This document shows, in pieces, positions 27,913-37,654 of a DNA stretch of 64,000 nt; the stretch's first letter is position 1, and the number at the start of each line of letters is the position of its first letter. Below the pieces are notes generated by a model that searched no databases, had not been told where the DNA came from, and saw nothing but the letters and a program-made list of their open reading frames with translations. The stretch lies in the sequence record NC_061442.1. One strand, written 5' to 3'. The position numbers and the translations under genes are program-made.

Positions 27913-28212
27913 ATGGTCACCCAACAGCAACTAACAGAGTTTGCCGCAATGCCTGTACTCCACCGTAAAGTGGTACTGCGCAGTATGCAGGTTGAGATGT
28001 TGGGTGCCTTGCCTGAGCTGACTGACATTGTACGTGAGATGCTATACCGTGCGATTGTCGTTGACGTAGCTCAAGCTGAACTGGCACTCCTTGCTGCTCG
28101 TCAAATGTGTGAGAATAAGGACGTTCGTAAAAGCATTGACGACCTGCTTCAATTCGCTGCGCGTCTGCATGACGTTGCAACTGATAACTTTCTTTCTGGA
28201 GATTTACTATGA
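27913..28212 (+). CDS. hypothetical protein
   Basis: TAAGGA SD. Confidence 0.68.
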   Translation: MVTQQQLTEFAAMPVLHRKVVLRSMQVEMLGALPELTDIVREMLYRAIVVDVAQAELALLAARQMCENKDVRKSIDDLLQFAARLHDVATDNFLSGDLL

Positions 28213-29273
28213 ATAAGACCGTTGGCCTGATGATTGATGAAGACGTAATGAACTGGCTGGACATGCTGCTTGCTGGTGAACTCAGCAACGTCTTAGGCGC
28301 GTTGAACAATATCGTATACGCCCGCCGTCAGGAACTGTCTGTCGAACGTCTAACAGAAGACGAAGACATTGCAGCACTTTCTCACAAAGAGTTGGAAATC
28401 ATCCTGCGTTACGCTTCACCTGAGCATGAGTACGACACGTCCGTGCTGTCTAATGAGCAACTGCTTCGTTTGGCGATGGACGCACAAGGGATCATCTCGT
28501 ACACATTGCCGTGCCACTGTTCGCCTATCATGGTTCAACGTGCTTTCGCTAACGGCCAGATCAAATCGTTGTTGGGTAGCTTCTCTAATCGTGCTGATAT
28601 CGTCATGGCAGTTCATCATTGGGAATGTGGCCTGACTAACATCTCACTTGATGCTATTGTGGGAAATGATGTGCGCCCAGACGAGCAGGGGCTGTATCTG
28701 TGTTACGACGAACATAAACAGGTACGTTATGGTCGCCTGTTCCGAAATGCCAACGACGGCTGGACATTCCATGAATCGTATGCTGCTGGTGGTTCGACTT
28801 CGTGGTTCGAAGAGGGCGAAGGTAAAGCTCTTGACGACGATGACCTGCCGATCAATCTGCTGTCTAACTGGGTATTCGTAGCGCCTGATCAATCACCGTC
28901 AATCATTCGCAAAGAGACGGACATTAAACGTCTGTCTGAAACGCAACGCATCTTCCTGTATTTGCGTAGCCTGAGTCCTCACGTCAAAGCAGAAATCGTT
29001 GCGCATTTCGATGGCGTGTTGAACAATCGCGTATTCACTTCTGTTGAGCAGATTGGTCGCCTTACAGAAACTGACTGGCGCAATGCTGCTATCGCTATCG
29101 GTGAAGAAGAACGTGGGCAAGAAGGTAAACACTTCTGGGATGACCGTGGTGCTTGGGCTTGTTTCGTTGCTGTGCTCAACTCTCTGAGCTATGACATGGA
29201 GACACGCGACTTCCAACCTCAATACGAATATCAAGCTAACGACGACACTCTGGAAGAAGACAACAATGGCTAA
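28209..29273 (+). CDS. hypothetical protein (354 aa)
   Basis: GGAG SD; ATGA overlap. Confidence 0.75.
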   Translation: MNKTVGLMIDEDVMNWLDMLLAGELSNVLGALNNIVYARRQELSVERLTEDEDIAALSHKELEIILRYASPEHEYDTSVLSNEQLLRLAMDAQGIISYTLPCHCSPIMVQRAFANGQIKSLLGSFSNRADIVMAVHHWECGLTNISLDAIVGNDVRPDEQGLYLCYDEHKQVRYGRLFRNANDGWTFHESYAAGGSTSWFEEGEGKALDDDDLPINLLSNWVFVAPDQSPSIIRKETDIKRLSETQRIFLYLRSLSPHVKAEIVAHFDGVLNNRVFTSVEQIGRLTETDWRNAAIAIGEEERGQEGKHFWDDRGAWACFVAVLNSLSYDMETRDFQPQYEYQANDDTLEEDNNG

Positions 29274-29805
29274 ATCACTCGGTGTATATATGACTTACAT
29301 TCTGCGACACAAGCCGCAGGATATCGGGATCGCAATGGACACTCAGGGTTGGGTGTCCATTCAGGACTTCTTGGAAAAAGCGAGCTACAAGAATAAGCCC
29401 ATCACACGCGATCAGTTATTGGCTGAGGTAGTTGAAGACGAAAAAGGCCGCTTCCAGTTGAACGCCGCGCAGACCCGCATTCGTTGCGTTCAGGGTCACT
29501 CGGTTGAGAACGTCATCATGAACCTCGAACTATACACGCTAATCACCGACCCCGTGTATCACGGTACTGCGGAAAAGAACGTTGCTTCTATTCTGGCGCA
29601 AGGTCTATTGAAAGGTAAACGCAAGCACGTTCACATCTCCGCTAATGTGGCTACAGCGAAACAAGTAGGTCAACGTCATGGTTCGCCTGTTGTGTTTGAG
29701 ATCGACACTTACGCCATGATCACGCACGGCTATAAATTCTACCGTGCCGAGAATGGAGTCATCCTGACCGACCACGTACCGTCCCGATATATCAAGTTGG
29801 TGTAG
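29266..29805 (+). CDS. kptA: RNA 2'-phosphotransferase Tpt1/KptA
   Basis: ILRH, GWV, KGRFQ, IRCVQGHS, YHGT, RKHVHIS, VGQRHG, FYRAENGVILTDHVP. Confidence 0.92.
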   Translation: MAKSLGVYMTYILRHKPQDIGIAMDTQGWVSIQDFLEKASYKNKPITRDQLLAEVVEDEKGRFQLNAAQTRIRCVQGHSVENVIMNLELYTLITDPVYHGTAEKNVASILAQGLLKGKRKHVHISANVATAKQVGQRHGSPVVFEIDTYAMITHGYKFYRAENGVILTDHVPSRYIKLV

Positions 29806-29806
29806 T

Positions 29807-30208
29807 ATGGAGAAGACGTATATGCGTCATTGGGGATCGCGCTATGTGCGATCCTCCTCCGGCAAGTGGTATTCAGTTCATGGCCGTGAGGGTACGTGGG
29901 TAACGAATCGTTACGGTACTTCATTCTATCGAAGCGGCTCCGAAGTATGGCGTGACATAACCCGCGCTGACCGCGAATCGCTAGAGCGTGAATTAATCAA
30001 ACGTACACGCGAAGACTTTAAGGAGAATAAACTCAAGTATAACCACTGGGGCAATATAGTGAGGGCTATTGCTAGGCAGTCAGAAGACGAAAAGAATGAG
30101 CATACGGCAGAACTTGCTGAGATGCTCGAAGCGCTTAGACAGACTTTCTACGGACAGAAGGTACAGCAACTAAGCACAATTCTGGACGAAATAGCCGTTA
30201 AGAAGTAG
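29807..30208 (+). CDS. hypothetical protein
   Basis: Coupled ORF; its 3' end carries promoter copy 30174. Confidence 0.65.
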   Translation: MEKTYMRHWGSRYVRSSSGKWYSVHGREGTWVTNRYGTSFYRSGSEVWRDITRADRESLERELIKRTREDFKENKLKYNHWGNIVRAIARQSEDEKNEHTAELAEMLEALRQTFYGQKVQQLSTILDEIAVKK

Positions 30209-30226
30209 GCTGATTCGTGCTATAAT
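30174..30226 (+). promoter_or_regulatory. conserved phage promoter, copy 4 (inside the upstream CDS)
   Basis: GCACAATTCTGGACGAAAT ... TGCTATAAT; 37 nt. Confidence 0.72.
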
Positions 30227-30275
30227 AGAGATGAACGCTAGACAGTCGTTTAGCTACTTACATGAGGACATGTAT

Positions 30276-31724
30276 ATGAAAAAGATTAAACACACTTTCC
30301 GTCTGACCGATTTGGTACATATCTCCAAACTTCCTGCAGGTATGTCCAAATTCCATGAAGGTTCGGACGCGATTGTTGTCGGTCGTAATGAAGATAGCGA
30401 CCAGTATATTCTGCACGTTAAGCATGTCGGTGAGCTTTCATGGTACGAAGGTAAATCACTGACTCTGATTAGCCATAACAACGGTGAACTGCTTGACCAG
30501 TGGGAAGCGGGTGATTATGGTCGTGACAAGAAAAAGAAACGCAAGATCCCAAAAGAACTGCGTAACTTCACGGCAATCCTGCCTGTGACCTGCAATGCCG
30601 ATTGTTCGTTCTGCCCTGAGAAAGAGATGGAGCAGAAAGCCAATCAGAAAGAATGGCAAGATGGTTTGATTGCCCAGATCAAACGCATGTACAAGAAAAC
30701 GAAGTTCGACCATGTATCAATCAGTGGCGGTGAACCTACGTTGCGAACAAAGTTCCTGTTTGAAACGATTGACCGTATTCAGAAAGAAACGCCGATCAAG
30801 AAAGTCGGTCTGACTTCTAACGGTCAGTTCCTCGAGAAGCCAAACAGCACGTTCGACTTCTTAGACCGTAACACTACGCCTGAGATGACCAGCAAGCTGT
30901 CGCATCTGAATATCAGTATGCACTCATTCAATCGTGAACGTGCCAACAAGATCATGGGCGTGAACTACAAACAGACCCTGGAAGATTTAGTTCGCTTCCG
31001 CCGTCAGCTTGGTCGTGACGTTAGCTTCCATATTAACTTCGTGATCAACGATCAGACAGGCTCGATTACGGAAGAGTTCAAAGCTGCTGCTAACTTCATG
31101 CGGGCCAACCCATTCATCGACGTTGTGTTCCGTGTTGACTACAACGATGTTGAACTGTCAAAAGCACTGCGTGACTACGCTATGGAGTATGAGGAGTACA
31201 ACACCGCCGTGCGTACTTCGAAAAGGAAACTCAAGTTACTTGCCCCACGAGCACCTCACATCGTTCAGAAGTTTGATCGCTTCTTCGGTGGCCAGAATCT
31301 CGATGACGTTGAAAGCGCTTGGACTACAGGCTGCCCGTCGTGCTTCACTCATGCGTCGAACCCTGTCAATAATAGTCGCGCATATTTGAAAGCGTCTTCC
31401 TACGAACCTAATGAAGACGAAGCGGAGTACACTGAGCTGGTGTATCACATGGATGGCGCTCTGTATTGGGACTGGACTCGCAATGACCCTGTGCCGCTGC
31501 CACGCAGTAAACGTTTTGACTTCGAGATGAAGGAAGAGAGGGCCGATAAGCCTATGCCTCGTTTGAAAAGCGCGCCTAAAGCGAAGACTGTGAAGAAAGC
31601 AAAAACCACCAAGAAAGAAACTCCTACAACGAGTTCCGGAAGCTGTCACTATTCCGCGCCTTGTAGCTACAGCCAGGGCACTGGCGGTTCCTGTAGCTTC
31701 CGTAGCGGCGGTTGCAACTATTAA
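30276..31724 (+). CDS. radical SAM protein with Cys/Ser/Gly-rich C-terminal tail
   Basis: CNADCSFC (CxxxCxxC), SISGGEPTL, LTSNG, LNISMHS; tail SSGSCHYSAPCSYSQGTGGSCSFRSGGCNY. Confidence 0.85.
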   Translation: MKKIKHTFRLTDLVHISKLPAGMSKFHEGSDAIVVGRNEDSDQYILHVKHVGELSWYEGKSLTLISHNNGELLDQWEAGDYGRDKKKKRKIPKELRNFTAILPVTCNADCSFCPEKEMEQKANQKEWQDGLIAQIKRMYKKTKFDHVSISGGEPTLRTKFLFETIDRIQKETPIKKVGLTSNGQFLEKPNSTFDFLDRNTTPEMTSKLSHLNISMHSFNRERANKIMGVNYKQTLEDLVRFRRQLGRDVSFHINFVINDQTGSITEEFKAAANFMRANPFIDVVFRVDYNDVELSKALRDYAMEYEEYNTAVRTSKRKLKLLAPRAPHIVQKFDRFFGGQNLDDVESAWTTGCPSCFTHASNPVNNSRAYLKASSYEPNEDEAEYTELVYHMDGALYWDWTRNDPVPLPRSKRFDFEMKEERADKPMPRLKSAPKAKTVKKAKTTKKETPTTSSGSCHYSAPCSYSQGTGGSCSFRSGGCNY

Positions 31725-31736
31725 GAGGAAAAGAAC

Positions 31737-31964
31737 ATGGCTAAGAAAGAACAAGTAACATCGAAAGACCTCGACGAACTCTACTCTGTTGTTATGGAGT
31801 ACACAGGTAGCGAGCGTTATCGTTTGTACTCGATGCTGACTGTCCGTAAGTTGCAGGCGATTCACTACGGACATACAATTCCTGCTGACATTCTTCGTCT
31901 GACGCACGGAAGCAATGAATACGATTTGCAGGAAGCTATTGCCTTGCTGGGGAAAATGAAATGA
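31737..31964 (+). CDS. hypothetical protein
   Basis: AAGAGGA SD. Confidence 0.68.
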   Translation: MAKKEQVTSKDLDELYSVVMEYTGSERYRLYSMLTVRKLQAIHYGHTIPADILRLTHGSNEYDLQEAIALLGKMK

Positions 31965-32323
31965 GAGAACGTCGTAACTATTACTATGATAGCCCGTTCT
32001 ACTACGGACTGATCACTTGGCGCAAACGCTTATTCATCGTCGTGGCCTTCTTTGTCTTCATCGTAATGTTCCATGCAGACAAACCTCCAGTCGTACACAA
32101 TCAGTGGGCGATAACTGCCATTATCTTTGGCCTGATGTTTGCTTTCTGCTATATAAGAATGCGTATCTATGAAACGTATCTACTCGAGGCGATGGGGCCA
32201 TTAGACAACAACACGGTTATCGGTAGCCTATCGTTCGACAAACTTGAGCGCCGTCACGAACTCTGGTACGAGAAGAAGTTCGGACACAAACCGCCTAAGA
32301 CTAACACATGGAGCATCGACTAA
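31961..32323 (+). CDS. membrane protein (2 TM)
   Basis: Two hydrophobic helices; ATGA overlap. Confidence 0.65.
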   Translation: MRERRNYYYDSPFYYGLITWRKRLFIVVAFFVFIVMFHADKPPVVHNQWAITAIIFGLMFAFCYIRMRIYETYLLEAMGPLDNNTVIGSLSFDKLERRHELWYEKKFGHKPPKTNTWSID

Positions 32324-32700
32324 TGGCACTCATGTTTACTGAGAAGCATCGCAAACAATTCGGACGTGACAGCAAAGACCCGCAGTATCATGGAGATGCG
32401 TGTGAGGCCGTGTACAACCATGGCATGGAATTGTTGCGTGAGCATAAGCGCCTGGCGTTGCTTATCGGAGCGAAACGTAGAACGCGCCTAGACAAAGGTG
32501 CGCCTATAACCAAGTGCTTTCGCAAGCAGTGGATTGAAGATAAGAAACTGGCGAACGAAGACACTCGCCCTATTGCTATGTTGATTGCTCGCTTTAAAGA
32601 AGTGGCTGTCTTATTGAAGCTGGCGCGTATGAACTATACCGACCTACATACTCGTCGTCACGGCTTTACTCGTCCTAGCTACTTCCACTGGAGAGACTAA
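32323..32700 (+). CDS. basic hypothetical protein
   Basis: TAATG coupling. Confidence 0.62.
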   Translation: MALMFTEKHRKQFGRDSKDPQYHGDACEAVYNHGMELLREHKRLALLIGAKRRTRLDKGAPITKCFRKQWIEDKKLANEDTRPIAMLIARFKEVAVLLKLARMNYTDLHTRRHGFTRPSYFHWRD

Positions 32701-32701
32701 C

Positions 32702-33277
32702 ATGGAAAAGAAATTCTGCAAACTGGCGCACATGGGTGCCGACGTGATTATGCCTGCTATCCTGTACGCATTGAATGAGAAGATGCAGGCAGGAGTCAAA
32801 GTAGATCTGGCCGAAGCGTATACGTTGTTGAACGATACTCAGGCTGTGTACCTAACTATGGCAGGCGGTCAGCCTGATCGCTATTACGATCAACTCACGC
32901 CAACTATTCGTTTTCTTCTGGCAAAGTATGAAATAGAGTGGGCACTCGACCACGCGGCGCTTACGAAATACTGTCAAGCGTATATGGAGAGCAAGGGCTT
33001 CACTCCTGTTGGCGATGGCGTGTATTCATATCCAGAAGTTGTTTTGTATGGCAACTATGACCGAGTGTTCCTGCGTTCATTGATTAGTGACGCGGACTAC
33101 AATCTACTGGGCGCTGCAATACAGGACGAGATGGACGTTGCGGCCGAGATGGACGAGATTGATAAGAAACTCGATCGAGTAGAAGACGGCTGCTGCTCTG
33201 AGTGCGGTGCAAAACTAGATCCCGATATTGATGGCCCGTTCATGTGCCTAGCATGTGACGAGGATGATGGAGAATAA
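32702..33277 (+). CDS. hypothetical protein with C-terminal zinc ribbon
   Basis: CCSECG...FMCLAC. Confidence 0.68.
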   Translation: MEKKFCKLAHMGADVIMPAILYALNEKMQAGVKVDLAEAYTLLNDTQAVYLTMAGGQPDRYYDQLTPTIRFLLAKYEIEWALDHAALTKYCQAYMESKGFTPVGDGVYSYPEVVLYGNYDRVFLRSLISDADYNLLGAAIQDEMDVAAEMDEIDKKLDRVEDGCCSECGAKLDPDIDGPFMCLACDEDDGE

Positions 33278-33279
33278 AA

Positions 33280-33543
33280 ATGGCTGTAGGCTTCGTAAAA
33301 GATGATGGCGTTAATGACACCATCGAAGCTAACCTGAACAACGAGATTGACCGCGCCCGTGCAGAACTCTTAGGTAAGGGCACTACGCATTGCGTTAACC
33401 CTGATTGCGGTGCAGAGATTCCCCTCATGCGCCGTGTAGCAATGCCGAATGCACGTTACTGTGTTGCCTGTCAATCAAGCCACGATGGTTCGGCGGTGAG
33501 CCTGTACAATCGTCGTGGTTCAAAAGATTCTCAACTGAGGTAA
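33280..33543 (+). CDS. DksA/TraR C4-type zinc finger protein (YbiI-like)
   Basis: CVNPDCGAEIPLMRRVAMPNARYCVACQ; ends YNRRGSKDSQLR, like enterobacterial YbiI as recalled. Confidence 0.88.
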   Translation: MAVGFVKDDGVNDTIEANLNNEIDRARAELLGKGTTHCVNPDCGAEIPLMRRVAMPNARYCVACQSSHDGSAVSLYNRRGSKDSQLR

Positions 33544-33547
33544 GATT

Positions 33548-33865
33548 ATGCTGCGTAAACTTTGGGTAGCAATGGGTTTCATGTTCCCTACTGTCCGGGA
33601 TGCACTAAATAGCGGCGCACATTGTACGCGCATTGGATATCGTAACTACTGTGTTCGAAGCTCTGGTGGTTTTGCCGAAGCCTTCTCTGACCACTTGATT
33701 CAGTATCGTGGAAGCTCTATGTCACTCGCACGAAATGAAGACAGGCATGAAGACGTGTTGAATAAAGCACGTCATCTGGAATATCCGTGCGTAATCTATT
33801 TCAACGACAACACGTTCAACTCTATGCCTGTAGAAGAGCCTCACATAAGGTACCCGGCACCATGA
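33548..33865 (+). CDS. hypothetical protein
   Basis: GAGGT SD. Confidence 0.62.
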   Translation: MLRKLWVAMGFMFPTVRDALNSGAHCTRIGYRNYCVRSSGGFAEAFSDHLIQYRGSSMSLARNEDRHEDVLNKARHLEYPCVIYFNDNTFNSMPVEEPHIRYPAP

Positions 33866-34446
33866 AACCTAACAAATGGAAAGTGAAGTTCACGCAGATC
33901 GACAAGCCCACTAATACGTTCACTGCAACGTATGGTAGTCTGGCTGAATTTGAAAAGTGGGCGCAACTGCATAGCAATAACGGATTCACTGTAGAAGTCG
34001 AAACGTCCGTTGTCGTTGAGATTCCTCTTGTTTCGTGGACATACCCTGCTTCGCCTGATCAAAGTGGTGTGCCGCGCCTCTTTCATGTTAAGCACTACTC
34101 GTCTGACGAACAGCCTTCGCTCATTGGTATGAAGCGTTACTTCCATGTTGAAGGCGACCGTGAAGAAGTTGAGGAGTTTGCTGACCTGCTCAACAAAACG
34201 ATCTATGCTGCGCGTACCTACGTAGAGCAAGGCGTGACGTATACTGTTGAAGGTTACGCGCCCTCCGGCGCTGCTTGGCTTACTGTTCAATCTGGTTTGG
34301 CAACACTTCAGGCTGTAGAAGAATGCCTTGCGATGGTTAGAAGCAGGGCACCAAGCGCCGTTAACGTTCTGACTGCGCTTCGCGTCGCACGTATTGTGCG
34401 TGAAGTCGGTGAAGAAATAACTGATATGGGGAAACACGTATCATGA
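33862..34446 (+). CDS. hypothetical protein
   Basis: ATGA overlaps at both ends. Confidence 0.66.
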   Translation: MKPNKWKVKFTQIDKPTNTFTATYGSLAEFEKWAQLHSNNGFTVEVETSVVVEIPLVSWTYPASPDQSGVPRLFHVKHYSSDEQPSLIGMKRYFHVEGDREEVEEFADLLNKTIYAARTYVEQGVTYTVEGYAPSGAAWLTVQSGLATLQAVEECLAMVRSRAPSAVNVLTALRVARIVREVGEEITDMGKHVS

Positions 34447-34625
34447 CAGAAGAAGAACGCAAAGTCTTCCTAGAACGTTTGAAAAAGCGCGGGGAAGAAC
34501 GTAAGTCTATCACCAAATGCGAAGACTGCCGTACTTCTCTGGAAGAAGGTGAAGTCTATGGCGACTCCGCAGACCTGTGTGAGAATTGCTGTGCTGATCG
34601 TGAAGACGAAGGAGAGTCAACATGA
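34443..34625 (+). CDS. small zinc finger protein
   Basis: CEDC...LCENC. Confidence 0.62.
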   Translation: MTEEERKVFLERLKKRGEERKSITKCEDCRTSLEEGEVYGDSADLCENCCADREDEGEST

Positions 34626-34957
34626 AGAAAGTAACTGCTTCTGTAAATGCTGTACACGGCGAACGTGTTGTCCCAATCTTCTTTGGTGAAGATGATGGAA
34701 AGCCGTACATAGGCAAAGCATTTTGGGATAGCCTGTGTCTGCGTGATGACTTGTTTAAAGAGCCTGAGACGCAGCAGGTTCTTCATAACGATCAACGGAT
34801 GAATAGAACGGAGTTCATCCGCGTGTCTACCTTCCCTGACGTGATTCAGGCATTGCGTCGATGCACAAACTACATTCGTTACTTTGAGTATATCAGTGAC
34901 GAAGACATTGAAGACCTGAGTGAAGCTCTCAGTCACTGGGTAAACGAGGACGAATAA
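34622..34957 (+). CDS. hypothetical protein
   Basis: AAGGAG SD; ATGA overlap. Confidence 0.68.
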   Translation: MKKVTASVNAVHGERVVPIFFGEDDGKPYIGKAFWDSLCLRDDLFKEPETQQVLHNDQRMNRTEFIRVSTFPDVIQALRRCTNYIRYFEYISDEDIEDLSEALSHWVNEDE

Positions 34958-35677
34958 ATGGAACACGCACAGCACTTAGAAGCAATCAAGCAAATCACCG
35001 TCAACCAGATTCAATCGTTCAGCTACGTGGCTGCAATCATCCACACGCAGGCTAACAGTCAGCCTGAAGTGCTGTCCGAAGTATGGCAGCGTCATATGTG
35101 TACCACGCTCGGCCTGACTTACGAACACTGGACGTACTACAACGAGCTTGCTAACTACATGGAGCTCGGTATGGTTCCATACATGCCTGTGCTGCAGGTG
35201 GCCGTAACTGCTTTCGTTGGCGCAGACGTTCGTGAGACACTGGCGCGTTTCTCGCATCTCGATAAAGAGCTGGTAGTGTCTGCGTATGAAGTAGGCAACG
35301 AGTGGCTGCTGGACAATCATCGTTTGATTTGCACATGCCGCGCAATCGACGCGCTGATCAGTCTGTACTCTACGCACAAGCTGGAGATAGACGAGCAGGA
35401 AGAAAGTCGCTGCATCGCCTATCCTGGTATGCCGAATATGCCCCATCAGTTTGTTGAGATGTACAAGCTGATCGAAGAAGCTCGTATGAGTGTTGATGGT
35501 CATTGGCGAACACCTCTGCGTTACTTCCACTCCAAAGAACGTGACTATCTGTGGAACTATCCTCCTAACATGTCCAGTATGCAGAACGTCATCATTCAGA
35601 CAGACGCAGGTACTATCTACCTGACTGGTGTGCCTAAGCGTGGAGATACTAACGCTAACCATCTACGCTCTGTGTGA
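34958..35677 (+). CDS. hypothetical protein
   Basis: GAGGA SD; abuts the upstream stop. Confidence 0.7.
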   Translation: MEHAQHLEAIKQITVNQIQSFSYVAAIIHTQANSQPEVLSEVWQRHMCTTLGLTYEHWTYYNELANYMELGMVPYMPVLQVAVTAFVGADVRETLARFSHLDKELVVSAYEVGNEWLLDNHRLICTCRAIDALISLYSTHKLEIDEQEESRCIAYPGMPNMPHQFVEMYKLIEEARMSVDGHWRTPLRYFHSKERDYLWNYPPNMSSMQNVIIQTDAGTIYLTGVPKRGDTNANHLRSV

Positions 35678-35718
35678 ACTGTAAACCCATAACATCAACC
35701 TGATTGAGGTATTGAGAC

Positions 35719-36087
35719 ATGATTAAGAAAGTGACAGCGTTCATCGCTAAAGATGAAATGACCGTAGAGCAAATGGCGGAGAAACTTAACCTGTCTAGCT
35801 ACAACGCGATTCATCGTGGTGGCTATACGGTAGTTTGTGGTACAGACAGTCAAGGTGATCGTATCAGCTTGGTCTGCGGTCCGTATGTATTGCAGCAAAG
35901 TATCTGGGGCGTTCAGAAGATGCTGGACGCAGGGTTTAGCGAGACAGATGCGCTGCTGGCTTTAGGTCTGACCCGTCCTGCTTACACCGCGCTCAAGAAG
36001 AAAGAGCGTGAGCAAAAGAAAGCGGCCGAGCAAGCTGCTAAACAACAACCTCGTCGCGGCTCTGTCGTGTCTCTCGATGACCTTTAA
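35719..36087 (+). CDS. putative HTH-like DNA-binding protein with basic tail
   Basis: MTVEQMAEKLNLSSY; K/E-rich C-terminus. Confidence 0.55.
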   Translation: MIKKVTAFIAKDEMTVEQMAEKLNLSSYNAIHRGGYTVVCGTDSQGDRISLVCGPYVLQQSIWGVQKMLDAGFSETDALLALGLTRPAYTALKKKEREQKKAAEQAAKQQPRRGSVVSLDDL

Positions 36088-36097
36088 GGAACAAGCA

Positions 36098-36880
36098 ATG
36101 AAACAGTTATTCGTAGGTAGCCACCCAAACACTGTGAAGTTCTCTGACCTTGACGGACGTGATCGTGTTTGTGAGATTCGCGCGATGATCACTGACGCGT
36201 ATCGCATGTTGCGTGATTCAATTGGCGAGCAAGCCAAGAACGAAACGAATACCTTCCACGGCCCGTGGCTTGTGTTCCGCAATCTCATGAACGATCACCC
36301 TGCCGCCTGTCTGGAAGAGTTTCGTCATGCGTCTATCTACTTCGATGCAGATACAGAAGGCAAGGTAACTGAGATTGCTGATCTGATTGAACAGCACATT
36401 GAACTGACCAGACAGTCACTCGACCTGCGTGGTACTCACAAACATCAGGCCGATGTGATGGTTGGTATCGCAAGAACTGACGATTCAATGCGTGAGGTAA
36501 CGCTTATGCGTGGGCTGGGTAAATCTCGAGGCGATGCGGTGCTTGAGACTGAATTGCAGCACAACCCACATCGTGCTCTGGCTGATGATCTGCGTAAGTA
36601 TCTCGATCATTTCAAAGAGCGTGACGGTATCTTCGAACTGTGTACGCTGCTGACTAAACGATACGGTAAGCCTTCATTCGATACCTATGCTGATAGCACG
36701 GTAGATGAAATGATTGACGAAACGTGTCAGGCTGTTCAGTCGGTCAATGAGCCTATCGATCAAGTGTACGACTTGGTCTGCCGTGCAATCCTTTCATTTG
36801 GTCTGCCTGCGCTTCCTGCTGATGCAGACGACAAAGATGACCAGGCTGCTGACGATGAAAACTACGCTCTCGCACCTTAA
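36098..36880 (+). CDS. hypothetical protein
   Basis: TAAGGA SD before ATG 36098. Confidence 0.72.
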   Translation: MKQLFVGSHPNTVKFSDLDGRDRVCEIRAMITDAYRMLRDSIGEQAKNETNTFHGPWLVFRNLMNDHPAACLEEFRHASIYFDADTEGKVTEIADLIEQHIELTRQSLDLRGTHKHQADVMVGIARTDDSMREVTLMRGLGKSRGDAVLETELQHNPHRALADDLRKYLDHFKERDGIFELCTLLTKRYGKPSFDTYADSTVDEMIDETCQAVQSVNEPIDQVYDLVCRAILSFGLPALPADADDKDDQAADDENYALAP

Positions 36881-36899
36881 GCAGTATTGGCGTGAAGCG

Positions 36900-37061
36900 A
36901 TGATACTGACTGTGTTGGTTATTGTCGCTATCGCTCTTCCTTTTCTCGAAGTACGCAACCCAACGTTAGTGATGCTTGTTGCTGTTATCGTTGCTGCGTA
37001 CTTCATTGCTACTTGGGCATGTAAGCCTATATACGGACCCGACGATGAAGAAGAAAAATGA
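36900..37061 (+). CDS. small membrane protein (2 TM)
   Basis: MILTVLVIVAIALPF...VMLVAVIVAAYFIATW. Confidence 0.55.
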   Translation: MILTVLVIVAIALPFLEVRNPTLVMLVAVIVAAYFIATWACKPIYGPDDEEEK

Positions 37062-37599
37062 AATCAAACTGAGTGCTGCTGATATCGCAACGGGTATCAT
37101 CTGCATCAACGAAGCTCTGGCTAAGCACGGCCTGTCGTGTGCAGAGGGCGATGTTGGTTACGAAACTGTGTACACTGACGAGCATGGTGAAACGCAGGGT
37201 GGCTGGTACGCCGAGTTTGATAAGAAGTCTCGTGAGAAGCTGCGCGAATCTAAGCAGGTGCACTGGCGCAATACTGGAATGCTCGGCGGCGATACGATTG
37301 ACGAGATCCTTCGCACAATCGCCAGTCTCAAATTTCGCAATCACGCCAAAGAGCCGACGCCATTGCAGTTGAAGAAAGCAGAGACGGCTTTGACCAAAGA
37401 AGAGGCTACTAAGAAGGCACTGGAGATCTACAACTCTGCATTGCCTCTGTCTGATGCAGACTTAAAGCTATGTATCGATCACTTCCGTATGCTGGAGAAG
37501 ATGATTCGTATTGACCCAATGTTAAAGCTCGCGCAGCCGTACGTTGTGAACAATCTATATCAACTCGAAAACTATCTACACGCACGTAAGTGTAAGTAA
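37045..37599 (+). CDS. hypothetical protein
   Basis: Start estimated at ATG 37045. Confidence 0.66.
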   Translation: MKKKNEIKLSAADIATGIICINEALAKHGLSCAEGDVGYETVYTDEHGETQGGWYAEFDKKSREKLRESKQVHWRNTGMLGGDTIDEILRTIASLKFRNHAKEPTPLQLKKAETALTKEEATKKALEIYNSALPLSDADLKLCIDHFRMLEKMIRIDPMLKLAQPYVVNNLYQLENYLHARKCK

Positions 37600-37654
37600 C
37601 CAATCAGGGAGGTCCTTAACTGGATCTCCCTCTGTCATTTCTGGAGCATTTCTC

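Noticed and set aside
30276-31724. Viperin (pVip) or anaerobic RNR-activase assignment for the radical SAM protein
   Set aside because: Only generic motifs (CxxxCxxC, GGEP) are shared; viperin-specific motifs are not evident and no nrdD is nearby
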